Program-made: the position numbers and the translations under genes
Assembly: GCF_000315625.1 (NCBI RefSeq)
Contig: NW_005434555.1
Coordinates: 94,106-158,105, forward strand
Source: Guillardia theta CCMP2712
Lineage: Eukaryota > Protista > Cryptophyta
DNA length: 64,000 nucleotides
Reading direction: 5' to 3'
Notes under the pieces: model-generated
The model's input: only the letters and a program-made list of their open reading frames with translations
The model's database searches: none
Told to the model about the DNA's origin: nothing
Shown here: in pieces, positions 1 to 12,814 of the stretch
Numbering within the stretch: position 1 is the first letter of the stretch
Layout of the letters: each line of letters starts with the position of its first letter

Positions 1-180
1 CCCTCCCTCCCTCCCTCCCTCCCCTCCCTCCTCCTCTCCCCTCTCCCTCCCCTCCTCCTCTCCCCTCCCCTCCCTTCCTCCTCCTCTCCCCTCCCCCTCC
101 CCTCCCTCCTCCTCCTTCCCCCCCTCCCTCCCCCTCCTCTCGCTCCCCTCCCCTCCCCTCCTCTCCCCCCCTCCCCTCCC
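1..180. repeat. C/T-only low-complexity tract
   Basis: Almost entirely CCCT/CCT/CTC units. Confidence 0.9.
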
Positions 181-422
181 TATTGCTCATGTCCCATAGA
201 CTCTTCTCCCCTCCCTTCTTGCCTCCTCCCTCCCCATCTTACCTTGTCTTCTCCATTCTTACTTATCTCTCATCTCAACAGCAATACCTTGAACATGCTA
301 CTTTCTCCTCTGCTTGTTATAATCTGCAATTGTTTTCACTTTTAGGATGCCTGCTCCGTTATCCTTATCCGATGCAAATAACAAATGTTGACATCGACTT
401 TGATTTACTTTTCGCCAGGATC

Positions 423-1115
423 ATGATGCGCCTGTTCTTTCTGCTGCTCGTGCTTTCAGCCCCTTCCACTGCTTCCGACGCTCCTATGAAATGCAGTGAC
501 GCAACAGATTGTCTCGAGTGCTTCATGAAGCAGGTGATCTACCGCACTCAAATGTCTTCTCTCCTCTGACATCCGATGCTCAGGAATGTGTCCTGAACCC
601 CGATGGCAGCCAAACCTGCACACCCTGTGGTTGGTGCACGGTGGAGCTCGATGAATGGAACGCAGACGTGAAGGGAGCATGCATCAAGATCTACAACTCT
701 ACCACAGACTTCTGTAAGGCGTACAAGGCACACGCTTTCGGCTTCTGCCCTGACAAGTGATGGATCAACCAAGTCTCGTCTGTCATGGTTCTGATGTTCC
801 GAGCACAGGGTATGCCAGGCCGGCAGTCAGGACTGTGTTTGTGCATCGAACGTCTGCCCTGTGGTGAATGTCTTCCTTCACCTGCTCTCTCTCGAGGGAG
901 TTGGTTTTCTCCTATTCCTCATCTTCATTTGCATCGTGGGTAAGTGTCTCATTTGCAGCGTCTCTGGGACTAACTCCGACGCCGCAGCCATGATGAGCGC
1001 ATGCACGTTGATGTGCTGCTTCCGCACTCCCCCGAGGCAGATTGTCCTTGTGCGTGAGTCTCACGAGGATCCCGGACTTCTCAATCAGACGGAGGAGGAT
1101 TACCAGAGACTGTAA
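423..1115 (+). CDS. Small Cys-rich single-pass membrane protein, PSI/PTTG1IP-like (4 exons)
   Basis: Signal peptide MMRLFFLLLVLSAPSTAS. Splicing GT-AG introns 534-583 and 757-808 gives CSDATDCLECFMKQ-ECVLNPDGSQTCTPCGWC...C..., the PSI-like C..C..C...CGWC pattern. A hydrophobic helix (VGFLLFLIFICIV) and a C-terminal YQRL sorting-type motif follow. Confidence 0.7.
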
Positions 1116-1335
1116 CTGCTGAACTGAATCCCCTCCAATGTTACAGCTTCATCTGATCTGTCCTGTCCCTCGTGCCGTGCTGACTTTTGAAAAGCTTTGC
1201 ATAACCCTTTGTAATATAGTGTAATCTGTTTTGAATATGGTGAATAAAAAAGGTGTTGTGGGGATCGTGTGTTTGACTCACTGTACTAAAACACTTCTTC
1301 AATCGACACATTCTATCGTTAACTTTGGCGAGAAA

Positions 1336-2238
1336 TCAGAACAATGGCCTGAAATCCGCATCATAGTACTCAGTCCCCCATGCTAACCTCCTAGTTCCAG
1401 TAGCGTCCGTCATGAAGCATCGTGCTCCGGACTCCGACACCGTGTTCATGAGCTCCCTAATGTTGCAAACCTCTACCCATTGTTTCCCTACCCCTTCAGC
1501 CTTCATCATCGCCTCCTCCCGCACTTCTCCCTTCATTTGATGATGATTTAGGCGATTGTAGCGAGGGTTGCACGACTCGACCTCACAGCGGCAGCAGGGG
1601 CAAGTATTGTGAATTTGCAGCCAGTTCGTAATGCACTGCTCGTGAAAACAGTGTTCGCACGGCATCTCCTTGGTCCCTTCGCAAAGCGCCAATTGACAGA
1701 TCGCGCAAACGTCGGTCCCATCACCCTCGGTTGACTGCAACTGACCGATGGCGTAGGAGGAGGCGGGCGGATTCACAGGGTCGGGACGAGTAGTCTTCCT
1801 GCTCCTCAAATATAGCTCGCTAATGAAGTACTCCGACAGGCCGCCGTATGCTATCGGAAGCTTTTCTGCTGTTCTGAGGACGGGTCCTAAAGGTGGCACC
1901 TCCTCTCTGTTCTCAATGCTGCCGCTGCGAGTCCGATCCCGACGATGAGCACGTCGTTGGCTCGAACTCCGATAAGAGTTTTGGCTTGAATTGGAAAATT
2001 TCCGTTTTCTGTTGCCGTTCAACGAATGGATACTCTGCTGCCTTGATTCAGGGGCAATACCTTCGTACCCTGTTTCCGATAGATCAGGAGAGTTTGAGGA
2101 CTCCTCGTTCAAGTAGTCAAGGCTGGTCTTGCTCTCTTCGCCAATCGATTCATCATGCAAAGCTCGATCATGAAGGCCCGATCTGCGAGCCCCAAGAGCA
2201 ACAGAGAGCTCCAGGTCAGATACATAAACCAGAGGCAT
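1336..2238 (-). CDS. RING-H2 zinc-finger E3 ubiquitin ligase
   Basis: Single 300-aa ORF containing CAICQ...MPCEHCFHEQCITNWLQIHNTCPCCR (C3H2C3). It is preceded by the PPAS..I..L motif typical of RNF115/126-like RING-H2 proteins. Confidence 0.88.
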   Translation of the reverse strand: MPLVYVSDLELSVALGARRSGLHDRALHDESIGEESKTSLDYLNEESSNSPDLSETGYEGIAPESRQQSIHSLNGNRKRKFSNSSQNSYRSSSQRRAHRRDRTRSGSIENREEVPPLGPVLRTAEKLPIAYGGLSEYFISELYLRSRKTTRPDPVNPPASSYAIGQLQSTEGDGTDVCAICQLALCEGTKEMPCEHCFHEQCITNWLQIHNTCPCCRCEVESCNPRYNRLNHHQMKGEVREEAMMKAEGVGKQWVEVCNIRELMNTVSESGARCFMTDATGTRRLAWGTEYYDADFRPLF

Positions 2239-4825
2239 CCGAGGACGTAAGGAGTCTTTCCCAGTGAAACAATATTCGCACCCCGATAGATGGGAAGATG
2301 CTACAACACGCGGCCTCGATGGTGTTCAGGTAGGATTGAGCGAGAGGGATGTAACAGTGGAGACGAAGCTCGAGAAAGCAAGACAACAAAGCGATATGAA
2401 GCGGGAAGAAGAACAGGAGGGTCCGAGGTTGGTTCGAAGGAGGGTGAAGGAGCAGGAACGGAAAGGATTTCGGATGTCGCGTCTCGAAGAACAGGGGGTG
2501 GGTGACCGTATTTTGAGAGAATGGGTGGGGTCATCAATGGAAAAGGGTGGGTAGTGATGATTTGGGGTAGTCACTACACCGGTTATTTGATAAGCCTCAA
2601 ACAGATGTAAATTGGGCAGGGGTAGCAAACATCATGAAAATTCTGGGTGGAGTTGACTTGACAATGGTAGGCCATATCAAAAGGGGTAGTACTTTCTACC
2701 ACCGGTGGTTGGTTTGATGTATCGGATGTAAGCGAGTTTCTTGTCAGCAGGACATCGGACCCCCGTAGTAAAGTTTGAGTAGTAATTTTGGTACGGTTGG
2801 CCTCGGCTTGTTTATACAAACAAGTACCGATCTACTGATACACTAAATACGTGGAATTAATTGTTTTGAACCACAATCACAAGATACTCCGTATACATTT
2901 TTTTTAGACATACCGGAATAATTGTTCATATCCGAATATTTGCTACTGATCATCAAACCACCGAGAAGGAAACAGTACCTCTGAGGATTCATATTATTGA
3001 AACGTATTATATCAGTTAGTACCGGCTAGTAGGCTAAAAGTTGCTGTGTTTTGCTGACGCATCTCGAGGCCTCAAACCACTTCTCAAGTAAAAATGCACC
3101 CTGACGTTTTACCACAGCCATAGGGGTGGTGGTCCAATGTTGCCGTGAAGTGTTAACCATGCTGACATGCTGACGGCAGGCATGAGTGCAGTTGCTTGCT
3201 TGTGACTGGTTCACATACCCCTCTACCTAAACGATATTCTAATTGCTGCTCTAATGGATGATGCATATCACCCAGACTATGCCATTCGAGACTCCACCAT
3301 AGAATTTTACGAGCCTTGTTCCCAATTCCCAAACGAGTTCATCCTATGCATGACTACCTACGATATCTGTTATGGCCAGCTCTTTTAAATATCGACAGGG
3401 CATCTCCTGACCACAGGGCGACCACTTTCACCTGCCCTGTCGAGTCTCTATTCTCCTTGTCCAATATTTTTCTGTCTTCTCATCATGCTAATTCAAATAT
3501 TGAGGCCAGCGCGTTTCAAGACAAATCACCCACCCCCTTGGTCCCATGAGAAATTTCCACATACTCCCTACTAATTGAATCAAGTACCCCTTGTGTTGGC
3601 CCACCCCACCACCCGTGTAAAAGGGACTTGAGGGATTTTACTTGGGGAATAGTGCAGGGATTGCAGGGGGAAACGAGTAAGGTTGCCGCGGCCATGAAGA
3701 AACAGCCCTACAACGAGGAGGACAAGGCCGTGATGGCACGATAAAATCGCAATATTCTCGGAGTCAGAGCATCGGTGGTGATCTAATATTTTTCGCTCAA
3801 CCGATGCATCCGTGCATTGTGGCTCTTTTGTCATCTTCTGTCGATCCTCTGTTCGACGTCATCAAGAGTTTTCGAATGGCCTGATGAAGAGGTGAGATTG
3901 AATCCGTTGCACATTTGATTGCGTCAGCAAAGACTTTGATTATGTGTGCGATATGCGTGAAAATCTAGAAAATGAATCCATGTGTATTTCCCTAGTCTGA
4001 AAAGAGCGACAATCACTCGCTGAGTACGATTTCTTACAATCACTCGCTGAGTATGATGAAGAAATCGTTAATTCATTCGCTTATAGCTGAGCGACATCAA
4101 TGAAGAATTACACGAGGCCTCTTCTGACTCACTTTACTCGAAGCTTAGAAAGTTAAAGCATCGTTTTCATTTTAGGCTAGAGAAAGATTTTTGTTTGTTT
4201 TGCCAACACCTGAAACTGGTCCTTTTTGCACGCAGATCTTCGGAGAATGGATCACACGAAGCACTTCTTGATGATTCGGAGAGTTGTTGACATGTAAAAC
4301 AAATGGAATATCTAGGATAGTAATCACGTCTGATACTAGAATCGATGACTTGATTTATTTTATTTTTTTGTATAATCTTGTAAAATATATGAGACGAACA
4401 ATCCTTCAATAGGAAAGCGTAGATCATGAATATACAAATCATCGCTTGAATTCACAGCGACCATGACCTTCAAGTTACCCAAAACCTCAGTGATAGGCCG
4501 CGGCTGTGTGGCCCGTGATTGCGACTGAGTCACTGTGTTCCGACTCGGCGAGTTCAATGTAAGCTCAGTGGCATACTCATCGTGCCGAGCCAGTTGAGCT
4601 GAACTCGAACTCGAACTCGGACATGCTGAGTCACCTCGCGGCAGCAACGAGCAGTGACTTGCCGATGATGACATGCGGCTCAGCGGCGGCAGGCTGCATG
4701 CCAGAGAGATTGAAGGATAGACACGAGCCAGCCTCGCTGAAAGGACACTGAAATAAAAAGGCAGAGAAATGTTCATATCGTAGGCAGCTATTTTCCCATC
4801 AGCTGCCCTCCCTCGATTAGGTACA

Positions 4826-6421
4826 ATGCTAGGAGCCGCGGTGCTAGAGGTGGCGTACATGCAAGGAAGAAGGAAGACTTATCCTTCCCTGCCTTCTCTC
4901 CCTCAATCGTTGTATGCTGTCAAGCTTATAGCTCCCTCCTCTTGGAAGATCGCGTCCCGTCCGCTGGCTTCATTTTCTCTGGCATGGACGCATTCTTCCT
5001 GCAAAGTTTGCCGATCTGCTCCGTCTGCTTGCAGGACGTTCATGGACAGACGACAGATTCGGCATGACGAGACTGGGAGAAGCACTCCCCTTCCTCGCCA
5101 TGCCCTCCTTCATGGAGTTTCAAGAAGCTTGCTTTCCCGTTCAGCGACCCAGTCGTGCTTGACAGTCGGACGTGGTAAGGAGGGATATGTGGATGCCTGT
5201 GGCGTGAGATTTGGTTTGAAAGGATTGCGCGCTATGAGCACGCCCAGCAAGGATAGAGAGGTCATGTACGAGAGCCGCTCGATCAGCACCCTCCAGGTGA
5301 GCTGAGACGCTCGATGATGCGCCATCGGTGATGCGACTCATCTCAGAACCTTGCCATGGGAAGCGTCGCACAGACCGCCATCTGCTGTTTGGTGGGGGGA
5401 CTGCTTGCATTCCATCCTGCGGTACAGACTGACAGCCCAACATACATTCTGTGACGCTTTTGTTCAGGCGGCGTCCAGCGCATGGCTTCCAGGATGGACA
5501 CTGCAGGGCCGTGCTTTCCTTAGCGGCATCATCGTTGGGTTCGGTTGTACCATTACGATGGGGGCGCGCGCGTTTGTTACCAAGCAGATCGTCAGAGTCT
5601 CCTCGTCTCCTCATTCCCCAGGTGAGGACATGTTTGTAGATAATGCCTGGTCTCCATAAGTGGAGGAGAGGAGGGGCGGGTGGTGGGGGGGGCAGGGTAG
5701 CCATGGGTTTGGAGATGATGAAAGAGGTAACGGAGGCGAGGGTAACTCTTGTTCAAAGATGAGATCGAGATTGATGTCATGAGCTTTCCCTCGGGCGTGA
5801 CTGTGCATCGTCTTCCAGCGAAAGAGGTGAGTGGAGCCGTTGAAGTCTATTTGCGCTTACTCACGCTGCCCTCCTCTCTTTCTCTCCCTCCTCTTGTTTG
5901 TGCTCTCAGTTCTACGCCATCACCGCCGGTATTCCTTCCTCTTTCTTCTACTATTTCCCTCCATGATGTCATGTCAGCGTACGGCGAGTTCGACATCGAC
6001 AAGGAGGCAGCGGGAGCGGTGAAGCACATGGAACGCAATCCTCTTCCTCCTCATCCGCCCTGCAGGCCCCCATGCTGCCCGTCTACGTCGGCGGCTCAGT
6101 GAAGAACACGCTCATGATCGACATGAGGTGAGCTTGTCTCTCTTCTCCCGCCGGGTGACATGGGGCAACGCAGAGGAAAATTTCTCCACAAGGATCGCAT
6201 GCAGGAGCTGCTTGTAAGGGCCTGGTAGTTGCTGCTCCAGACGGCTGACCGCAATGCCCGTCCAGGTGTCCGTCCCGGATGTAGATGAAGAAATGTTGAA
6301 GAATGAGTGAGTGAGCGAGTGCAATGGAGGACAAACTCTGCGGTAATGAATCATCCTTATGCCCCCTCTTGTGAACAATGGTGACTGCAGCTACGGAAGC
6401 TTCGCTAAGCTTGAGAATTGA
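4826..6421 (+). CDS. Probable multi-exon gene, unknown function
   Basis: Short open segments bounded by GT..AG (e.g. ...SISTLQ|gtgag near 5296, EIDVMSFPSGVTVHRLPAKE|gtgag near 5827, VPDVDEEMLKNE|gtgag near 6307). No recognisable domain; the model is not resolved. Confidence 0.3.
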
Positions 6422-7024
6422 GCGCTGAATGGCAGGCAGTTACCTTCTCAGTACATTTGATCTCTCCTATTTCATGAAACTCTACAACCAAACTGCTCTG
6501 CTTCAGTTGGTTTGCGAACAAGTTTCATGTTGCATGTGTCATACTTCCCCACCTCATCTCCTCCTGAATGCGATCTCCTGCCCTCCCTCCTGTCTATACG
6601 ACTCTGCTGCAAAATCTGCTTCTCCCTAGTCACCTCTGCACTATCTTCTCACCTCACCCACCTTTTCTCCACTCTCCTGTCCTCAAGGATCTCTGCACCC
6701 TTCCCTTCTCTTCTCTCTCGTTCTATCTCCTTTCCACCATGACCTCTTCTCTTCTCTTCCCGCGTCCTCTCTCTTCTCTCTTCTTCCTGCTACTTCGCTT
6801 ATTCGTGCTTCTCTCCTCCCTTCACGCACTCCTGCATTGTGTCTCGTAGTGATCCCACAAGTTTACTACCCTACCCATACATCAAAGTACCCACCCTATA
6901 TTGGATCATTCAAATTTGGAGTAATAGAGGGTACTCGACCGGAGGCATACCTCCCTACCCACCCCTATGAAGGATAATCCGGAATCAAATCAAGTTGGTC
7001 TCATCATCATCCCTCCATCCGATA

Positions 7025-7500
7025 TCTCCTCCTCCTCCTCCTCCTCCTCCTCCTCAAGCACCATCTTCTCCTTCACCTCCTTCTCCTCTATCTCCTTCAC
7101 CACTACCTCCTCCTCAAGCACCTCCTCCTCCTCAAGCACCACCTCCTCCTTCACCTCCTTCACCTCCTCCTCCTCCTTCACCACCTCCTCAAGCACCATC
7201 ACCTCCTTCGCCTCTATCTCCCTCACCACCACTACCTTCTCCTCAAGCACCTCCTCCTCCTTCACCTCCTTCGCCTCTATCTCCTCCTACTCCTCCTCCT
7301 TCACCTCCTTCACCTCCTCCTCCTCCTTCACCACCACCACCTCCTCCTCAAGCACCATCTCCTCCTTCACCTCCTTCGCCTCTATCTCCTTCACCACCTC
7401 CTCCTCAAACACCATCTCCTTCACATCCTTCACCTCCTCCTTCACCTCCTTCACCTCCTCCTCCTCCTTCACCACCACCTCCTCCTTCACCTCCTTCACC
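7025..7500. repeat. Pyrimidine-rich degenerate tandem repeat (reads as extensin-like QAPSPPSPPSPLSPSPPP)
   Basis: Recurrent CAAGCACCATC-CCTTCACCTCCTT-CCTCTATCTCC blocks. Long ORFs in several frames arise from the lack of stop codons. Confidence 0.8.
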
Positions 7501-7897
7501 TAGACCACCATCCATCTACTCCTTCACCACCTCATCCACCTCAACCACCTACACCCACACCACCATTACCCCCAACTGCATGACTATCTCCATGAGCAAC
7601 GTCCTCCATGCTTGCTGTTCTTCCTCGACCCCTTCATCTCTCAACACTATCCACCTCTACCATCCCTCACGATTTGCAACATGTTTGACAATCCAAAGAG
7701 CCATATGATTAGAATCGTGAAAGATGGGGTATAGAGCTTCGAGGGGAACAAGAGCGAACAGTTCAACAACAATGCGCTGTTGCCTCATGGTAGCATCTCG
7801 GTGCATTTGACAATCTAAACAGGTCGACATTCCGATCGACGTTACTCCGAGAATCAGAGGAAGGGTTTGAGGATACAGCACCCACGGATTTCAGCAC

Positions 7898-9885
7898 ATG
7901 GGGTTGGCGTCGTCGAGACCCTGTCTGCAAGATGCATGCTGCGAGCAACGACCGAGGGACGAGCGGAATGAGGTATATCACCGAGGAATCCAGCGGCCAC
8001 TTGTCAGCGATAACTGGAAGGAGTTTGCATGCGACGTTGAGAGCAGCAGGCACGCAGGCAACGCGGCCAAAGAAGGAGACGAAGAGAGCGGAATGCCGAT
8101 TATGTCTGATAGCGGTCGGTCTCCTTGGTCCGTACATGTCGGGCAAACTTATCGTCATTGCAGACCTCAAACGACGCTCTCTGTTGATAGCAGCAGAGAT
8201 AGGAGATACAGAGTTTGTTTCTCACCTCGTCAAGGTGCTGTTGACAGTGCTGTTGCTGTATCCTCCTGAAATGTGTCGATAGAGTGGCGACTGTTCAGTC
8301 CACGATCGAGATGAGTTCGGTCGGACTGCATTGCATCTTGCAGCAGCAAACGGTCAAGAAAACTCAAGTTTGATCCTCTACTCTCCTCATTTGATTACAC
8401 AAACAGGCCACATCGACACCTCAAACTTGCTTCTGTCTCTCGGCGCAGACCTGTGGGCTTATGACAAGTAAGCAAGAGATGTTGTTTCTCTCTCACAAGT
8501 TGATGACGCTTCTTGTCTCCTATGACTTCTGTCGAAACAGGGAGAATAGGACACCCATGATGCTTGCAGCTATGAACAACAGGAACTTCTTGCTCTCTCT
8601 TGCAAAGTTTGCTAACTTGACGTTTTTTTATCAGACATGAAATGGTGTTCAACCTGGAGAAGCGGTGAAGGGAAACTATCCTGGACGATTATGCTGATCT
8701 CCTTGCAAGGTGCATGACACCAAGAGGACAGCGATACGCTTCGAACAACGACATGTAACAAGGGCTAAGGCGCCAGGATGCTGTTGATCTTGACATTGTG
8801 CAGGTCGAGCCACTACACAGCATTCTCACCAGCAAAGTCAGAGTCCCGCGGACCCGGTGCTTGAAACTTGTCCCACTGAAATTCTTGCCTTTCTGCTGTT
8901 GACAACTCCGACAGATAGCGTCAGCAAGCTGGTCAGCCCAGACTCCCGCGCAGAGCAACAGTAATGCGTGTGAAACGACAAGAGCAGTAGACTATATGAC
9001 CGCAACTCCCTCAGCTCACCCCCGATGAAGAACGCCTGGCAGACCGTGTGCCAGACTACAGGTGACCCTCCCTCCTCTGCTTGCCCTTGTGACGATGCTC
9101 CTTCTCCTGCAGAAGTGGAAACTGTCAAGGAGATCAGCGTGAATTTTCCGAACACAGTAAGGCGCAGAAGGAGAGGAATGAGGCTGATACTGCTGCTGCT
9201 GCTAGTTTGATGAGCACAACTCTCCCATACGGCTCAAGTACATGCTTGTTCCACAAAGGTCTAACGATGGGGAAGAAAACGGCTATCAGCATGTCGTCTC
9301 CTACGTCGACCCCTTAGGTAATCAGGAGAGAGTTTGCGCTCTTGAGCAAGCCTGCCAATGCATTCTTTGCGCTGTGATGTATTTTTCTGTCCTCAAGTTC
9401 TCTTGCCATGTTTTCCTGAGTTTCTATTCTCCTGTATCTGTTGCATCTTCATATTGGTGTGAGTGCTGCTGCTTTCTCACACTGCTGTGATCGCTGCTGG
9501 TGTCTCCTGCAGTATTGAAAGACAAGAGTGACATCAAGGTACCACCATGTCAGCAGTGTCGAGTCATCCTGACTGTTGATATCAGGCCGGAGATGTGCTC
9601 TTGAAAATCGGCGACATCAGCTTGCAAGGTCGCTTTTCTCGCTCTTCCTCACTTTCCCCGCCTTAGTATGAAGAACAGGGCGCAGCAATGATATGGCTGT
9701 GCAGCTGCTGCGAAGACAGGTAGGGACGGGAAACGTGATTGGCATATCTTCATCTTCTGCTGTTTCTTGGTTCTTGATCCCTTCTGATTTTCTCTGTCAT
9801 CGTCCTATGCATGCTACAGTGCTCGCGCCATGTTGATCTTCATCCCTCCTCCCACGTGCTCTTCTTCCACCATTACCTCCTCCTT

Positions 9886-9944
<59 letters not shown>

Positions 9945-10060
9945 CACATCCTGTAAATGCTACCATTCTCATCTTTCCTCCTCTTCGTTAGGCCGGGTCT
10001 CGGGTTCGACTTGTTTTGCTGGAGAGATATCAGCATAAGAAAAACACCTTCACATTCTAA
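7898..10060 (+). CDS. Ankyrin-repeat + C-terminal PDZ-like protein (multi-exon)
   Basis: Starts MGLASS..C (possible acylation). Ankyrin segments LIAAEIGDTEFVSHLV and DEFGRTALHLAAANG at about 8180-8360. PDZ-like exons HVVSYVDPLG, DIKAGDVLLKIGDISLQG, AVQLLRRQ, AGSRVRLVL. Stop at 10058-10060. Confidence 0.65.
9887..9941. repeat. (CAT)n microsatellite in intron
   Basis: About 18 CAT units. Confidence 0.95.
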
Positions 10061-10390
10061 TGCGGTCAGGTGAAGAATCAGATGGCGGTTGTTGGAGGCT
10101 GGAAAAGTGGAGCGAAACAAGGAGCGGGAGTAGGAGGAGGGGAAGGGGCAGGAGGCCGCTCCGTGCATATTTCATGTTTGTGTACAAAGAAAGAACGAAA
10201 CGAAATGCAATGATTTCACAAAGTCGTCTGTTCTTACTGTCAAGTACCAGCATCTTTCATTCGAACCTCTCTCCCTCCCTCCCCCTGCCCCTCTCCCATC
10301 CTCCCTCCTACTAGGAAAAGGCCTTTTCCTAGTCGTTTGTTGAGACCCTTCCATCCGGCCCCTTTCCATTCCCTCCCCGCCCCCCTTGAA

Positions 10391-12750
10391 ATGCCGATGG
10401 GGCGTATCGTCGTCATGGTCTGCATCGCTCTAGGGATGCATGCGGAGGGATGGAGAGCAGGAGGAGGAGCAGGGGTGACGAGGATGGGTTGCAGAGCAGG
10501 GGGGATGACGTCGGTGCTGATCCGGCTGCGAGGAGGAGGGGAGGACGAAGAAGGAGAGTACATTGGGGCCGAGACGATCTTCAGGCAGTACCAGGAGGTC
10601 ATCGCACAAGGGCGAGCTGAGATGGACAAGTACATCCAGCTCCTGTCCAGCTGCGCGAAGATCGCGGAGGAAGGAGATTTCCTGGGGATCAGGAGGAGCC
10701 TGGACATTCTTGGGCACCTGGCCAAGTCAGGGCTGCCGTCCTCCTCCGAGGAGGTGCAGGAGAAGTTTACGGGGGTGTGCGAGAGGCTGCTGGGGGCGAG
10801 CTTGACCTTCGGCTCGGGGAGGGAGCAAGTGATGCTGCTGTCCGTGCTGGAGGAGCTGGACGTGGAGGTTCCGGCGCGGTACCAGGTGGCATCCCTGCAT
10901 TCTCTCCACCAGAAAATCTCCAACGAGTGCGACGAGCTGCAGAAGTCAGGAGTGCTAGCAGACTGGGAGGAGGAGGAGAAGGAGAAGGAGAAGGAGAAGG
11001 AGAAGGAAGAGAGCTGGAAGGGGGAGGAGAAGGAGGAGAGGAGGAAGAAGGGCAAGGTGGATGACAGCTCCCTGTTGCCCGAGCACCCGCAGCTGCGGAA
11101 AGGATGCTTGCAGAACGGAGTCAGGTACGCGCTGTTGCAGTGCGAGGACAGGAAAGTTCCTCTGCGAGCTGTGATGAAGATGAACGCGGGTTCGTTGGAC
11201 GAGGGGAGGGGCGAACAAGGTGCAGCCAACGTTCTCCGGCGCTGCCTCGCCATGGCAGCAGGACGTACCAGACCAGCCAGTCGAGATCTTCTCGTGCCAG
11301 GGGACGAGCGCATGGGCAGCGACTGCTTGTCCTTGGTGACGCCAAGGGCGACCTACTTCGAGTACGTGTGTCTTCCTGCTGCAGGCGAGGAGGCGGACGA
11401 GGACGAAGAGGTGAGGGGAGAGGTTGTGCAGGAAGTTTTGTCGCACATGCATGAGATCGCGTTCAACGCCACCGTGAATGAGGAGATGTTCAGCAAGACG
11501 CTCGGAGAGTGTGTCGAGCAACTGAGACGCGACAGGGGCGGCAGGAGGAGACGACAAGAGATAGAATGCAGCAAGCTCCTCCACCCTCCCTCTCACCCTC
11601 TTCACTCCCACCCTCCTCCTGGGAACGCATCGCTCCTCCCTGCCCTCAACTTCTCCTCTCTCCTCAACTTCTACCACATGCAGTACTTCGCGTCAGGAAC
11701 AGACATCTTCATCGTCGGCAGCTTCGACATGAAGGAGACGGAGGAAAAGATCCGCGCGACGTTTGGGGAGGCCCTTGCCACCCCTCGCTTCTTCCCCCAC
11801 CCCATCGACCCCAACGACCCTCCGGTCTTCTGGATAGAGCAGGACGAGGTTTTATGGATGATGCCACCTCTCGACAAGGGCCCGCTAGCTCTGTGGACTG
11901 ATCGTGGCTTCTTCCTCCCCGAGGACGGAGGGATTGTGAAGAGGGGAACAATCGATGTGGAGGGAAGAGGAGAGGAGGAGGAGCAGGGCATGGAAGAGCA
12001 GCAAGCAGGAGGAGGAAGGGAGAATCAGGATGAGCACCTGTTCCGCTGCAGGTGGCTGAGCAAGGAGATGTCTGGAGGGATGCGGACTAAGATCGACCTA
12101 GAGCGGGTCTTGATCGATTCAATCTTCAGCATCATCTTTGCCAGGAGGACAGAGCAGGCGATCCGAACAGCCACACAGCAGCATGTCAAGGTCCGCTGCT
12201 CCTTCTCCTCCACCAACTTGCCCTCCGAGTCCTGCCTGCAGCAGGAGGTCGCGATGGAGTGCTCCCACAGCGTCTGGAAGCTCGCTATGCGCGAGATGAT
12301 GAGAGAAGCGATCGGGATGAGGATGGGTTGGTTTGACGAGAAGGAGCTCGATGACGTGAAGAGTTTCCTCCTCACCTCGTATGAGGACGTAGCGCAGGTG
12401 GAGGAGGAGGCCAACGGCTCTCTTGCATACCTCCGCAAGTTGCTGTGCTGCGCAGAGGAGCACAAGACCTTGTTGTCTCTTGCTCAGCAGTCGTTCGCCG
12501 TCAAGGTCGCGCTGTCCAACATCTCCTTAGACGCCCTTCAAGTCCATACAGGTCCCCTGCTGCAGATGTTCACCCAACCGTCTGGTTTCGATGCTTGTTT
12601 GGTCTCGTTTCCTTCGTGTGCGGCAGATGGGAAGAACGAGTTCGTGCGAGTGCTGAATGAATTCTTCCGTACGGACTTCTCACAGGATGTCAACACCACT
12701 AACGGCAACAGCAGCAGCTGCCGTGATGGAGTGTTAAGACAGAAGATTGA

Positions 12751-12814
<64 letters not shown>

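Noticed and set aside
3693-4060. Small gene (MKKQPYNEEDK...) and a short direct repeat ACAATCACTCGCTGAGTA
   Set aside because: No consistent spliced frame or domain could be built; the two-copy repeat has no TIR/TSD context.
6967-7708. Extensin-like, Ser/Thr-rich or Glu/Val-rich proteins
   Set aside because: Several frames on both strands are open only because of low complexity; no signal peptide or clear splice link to neighbouring genes.
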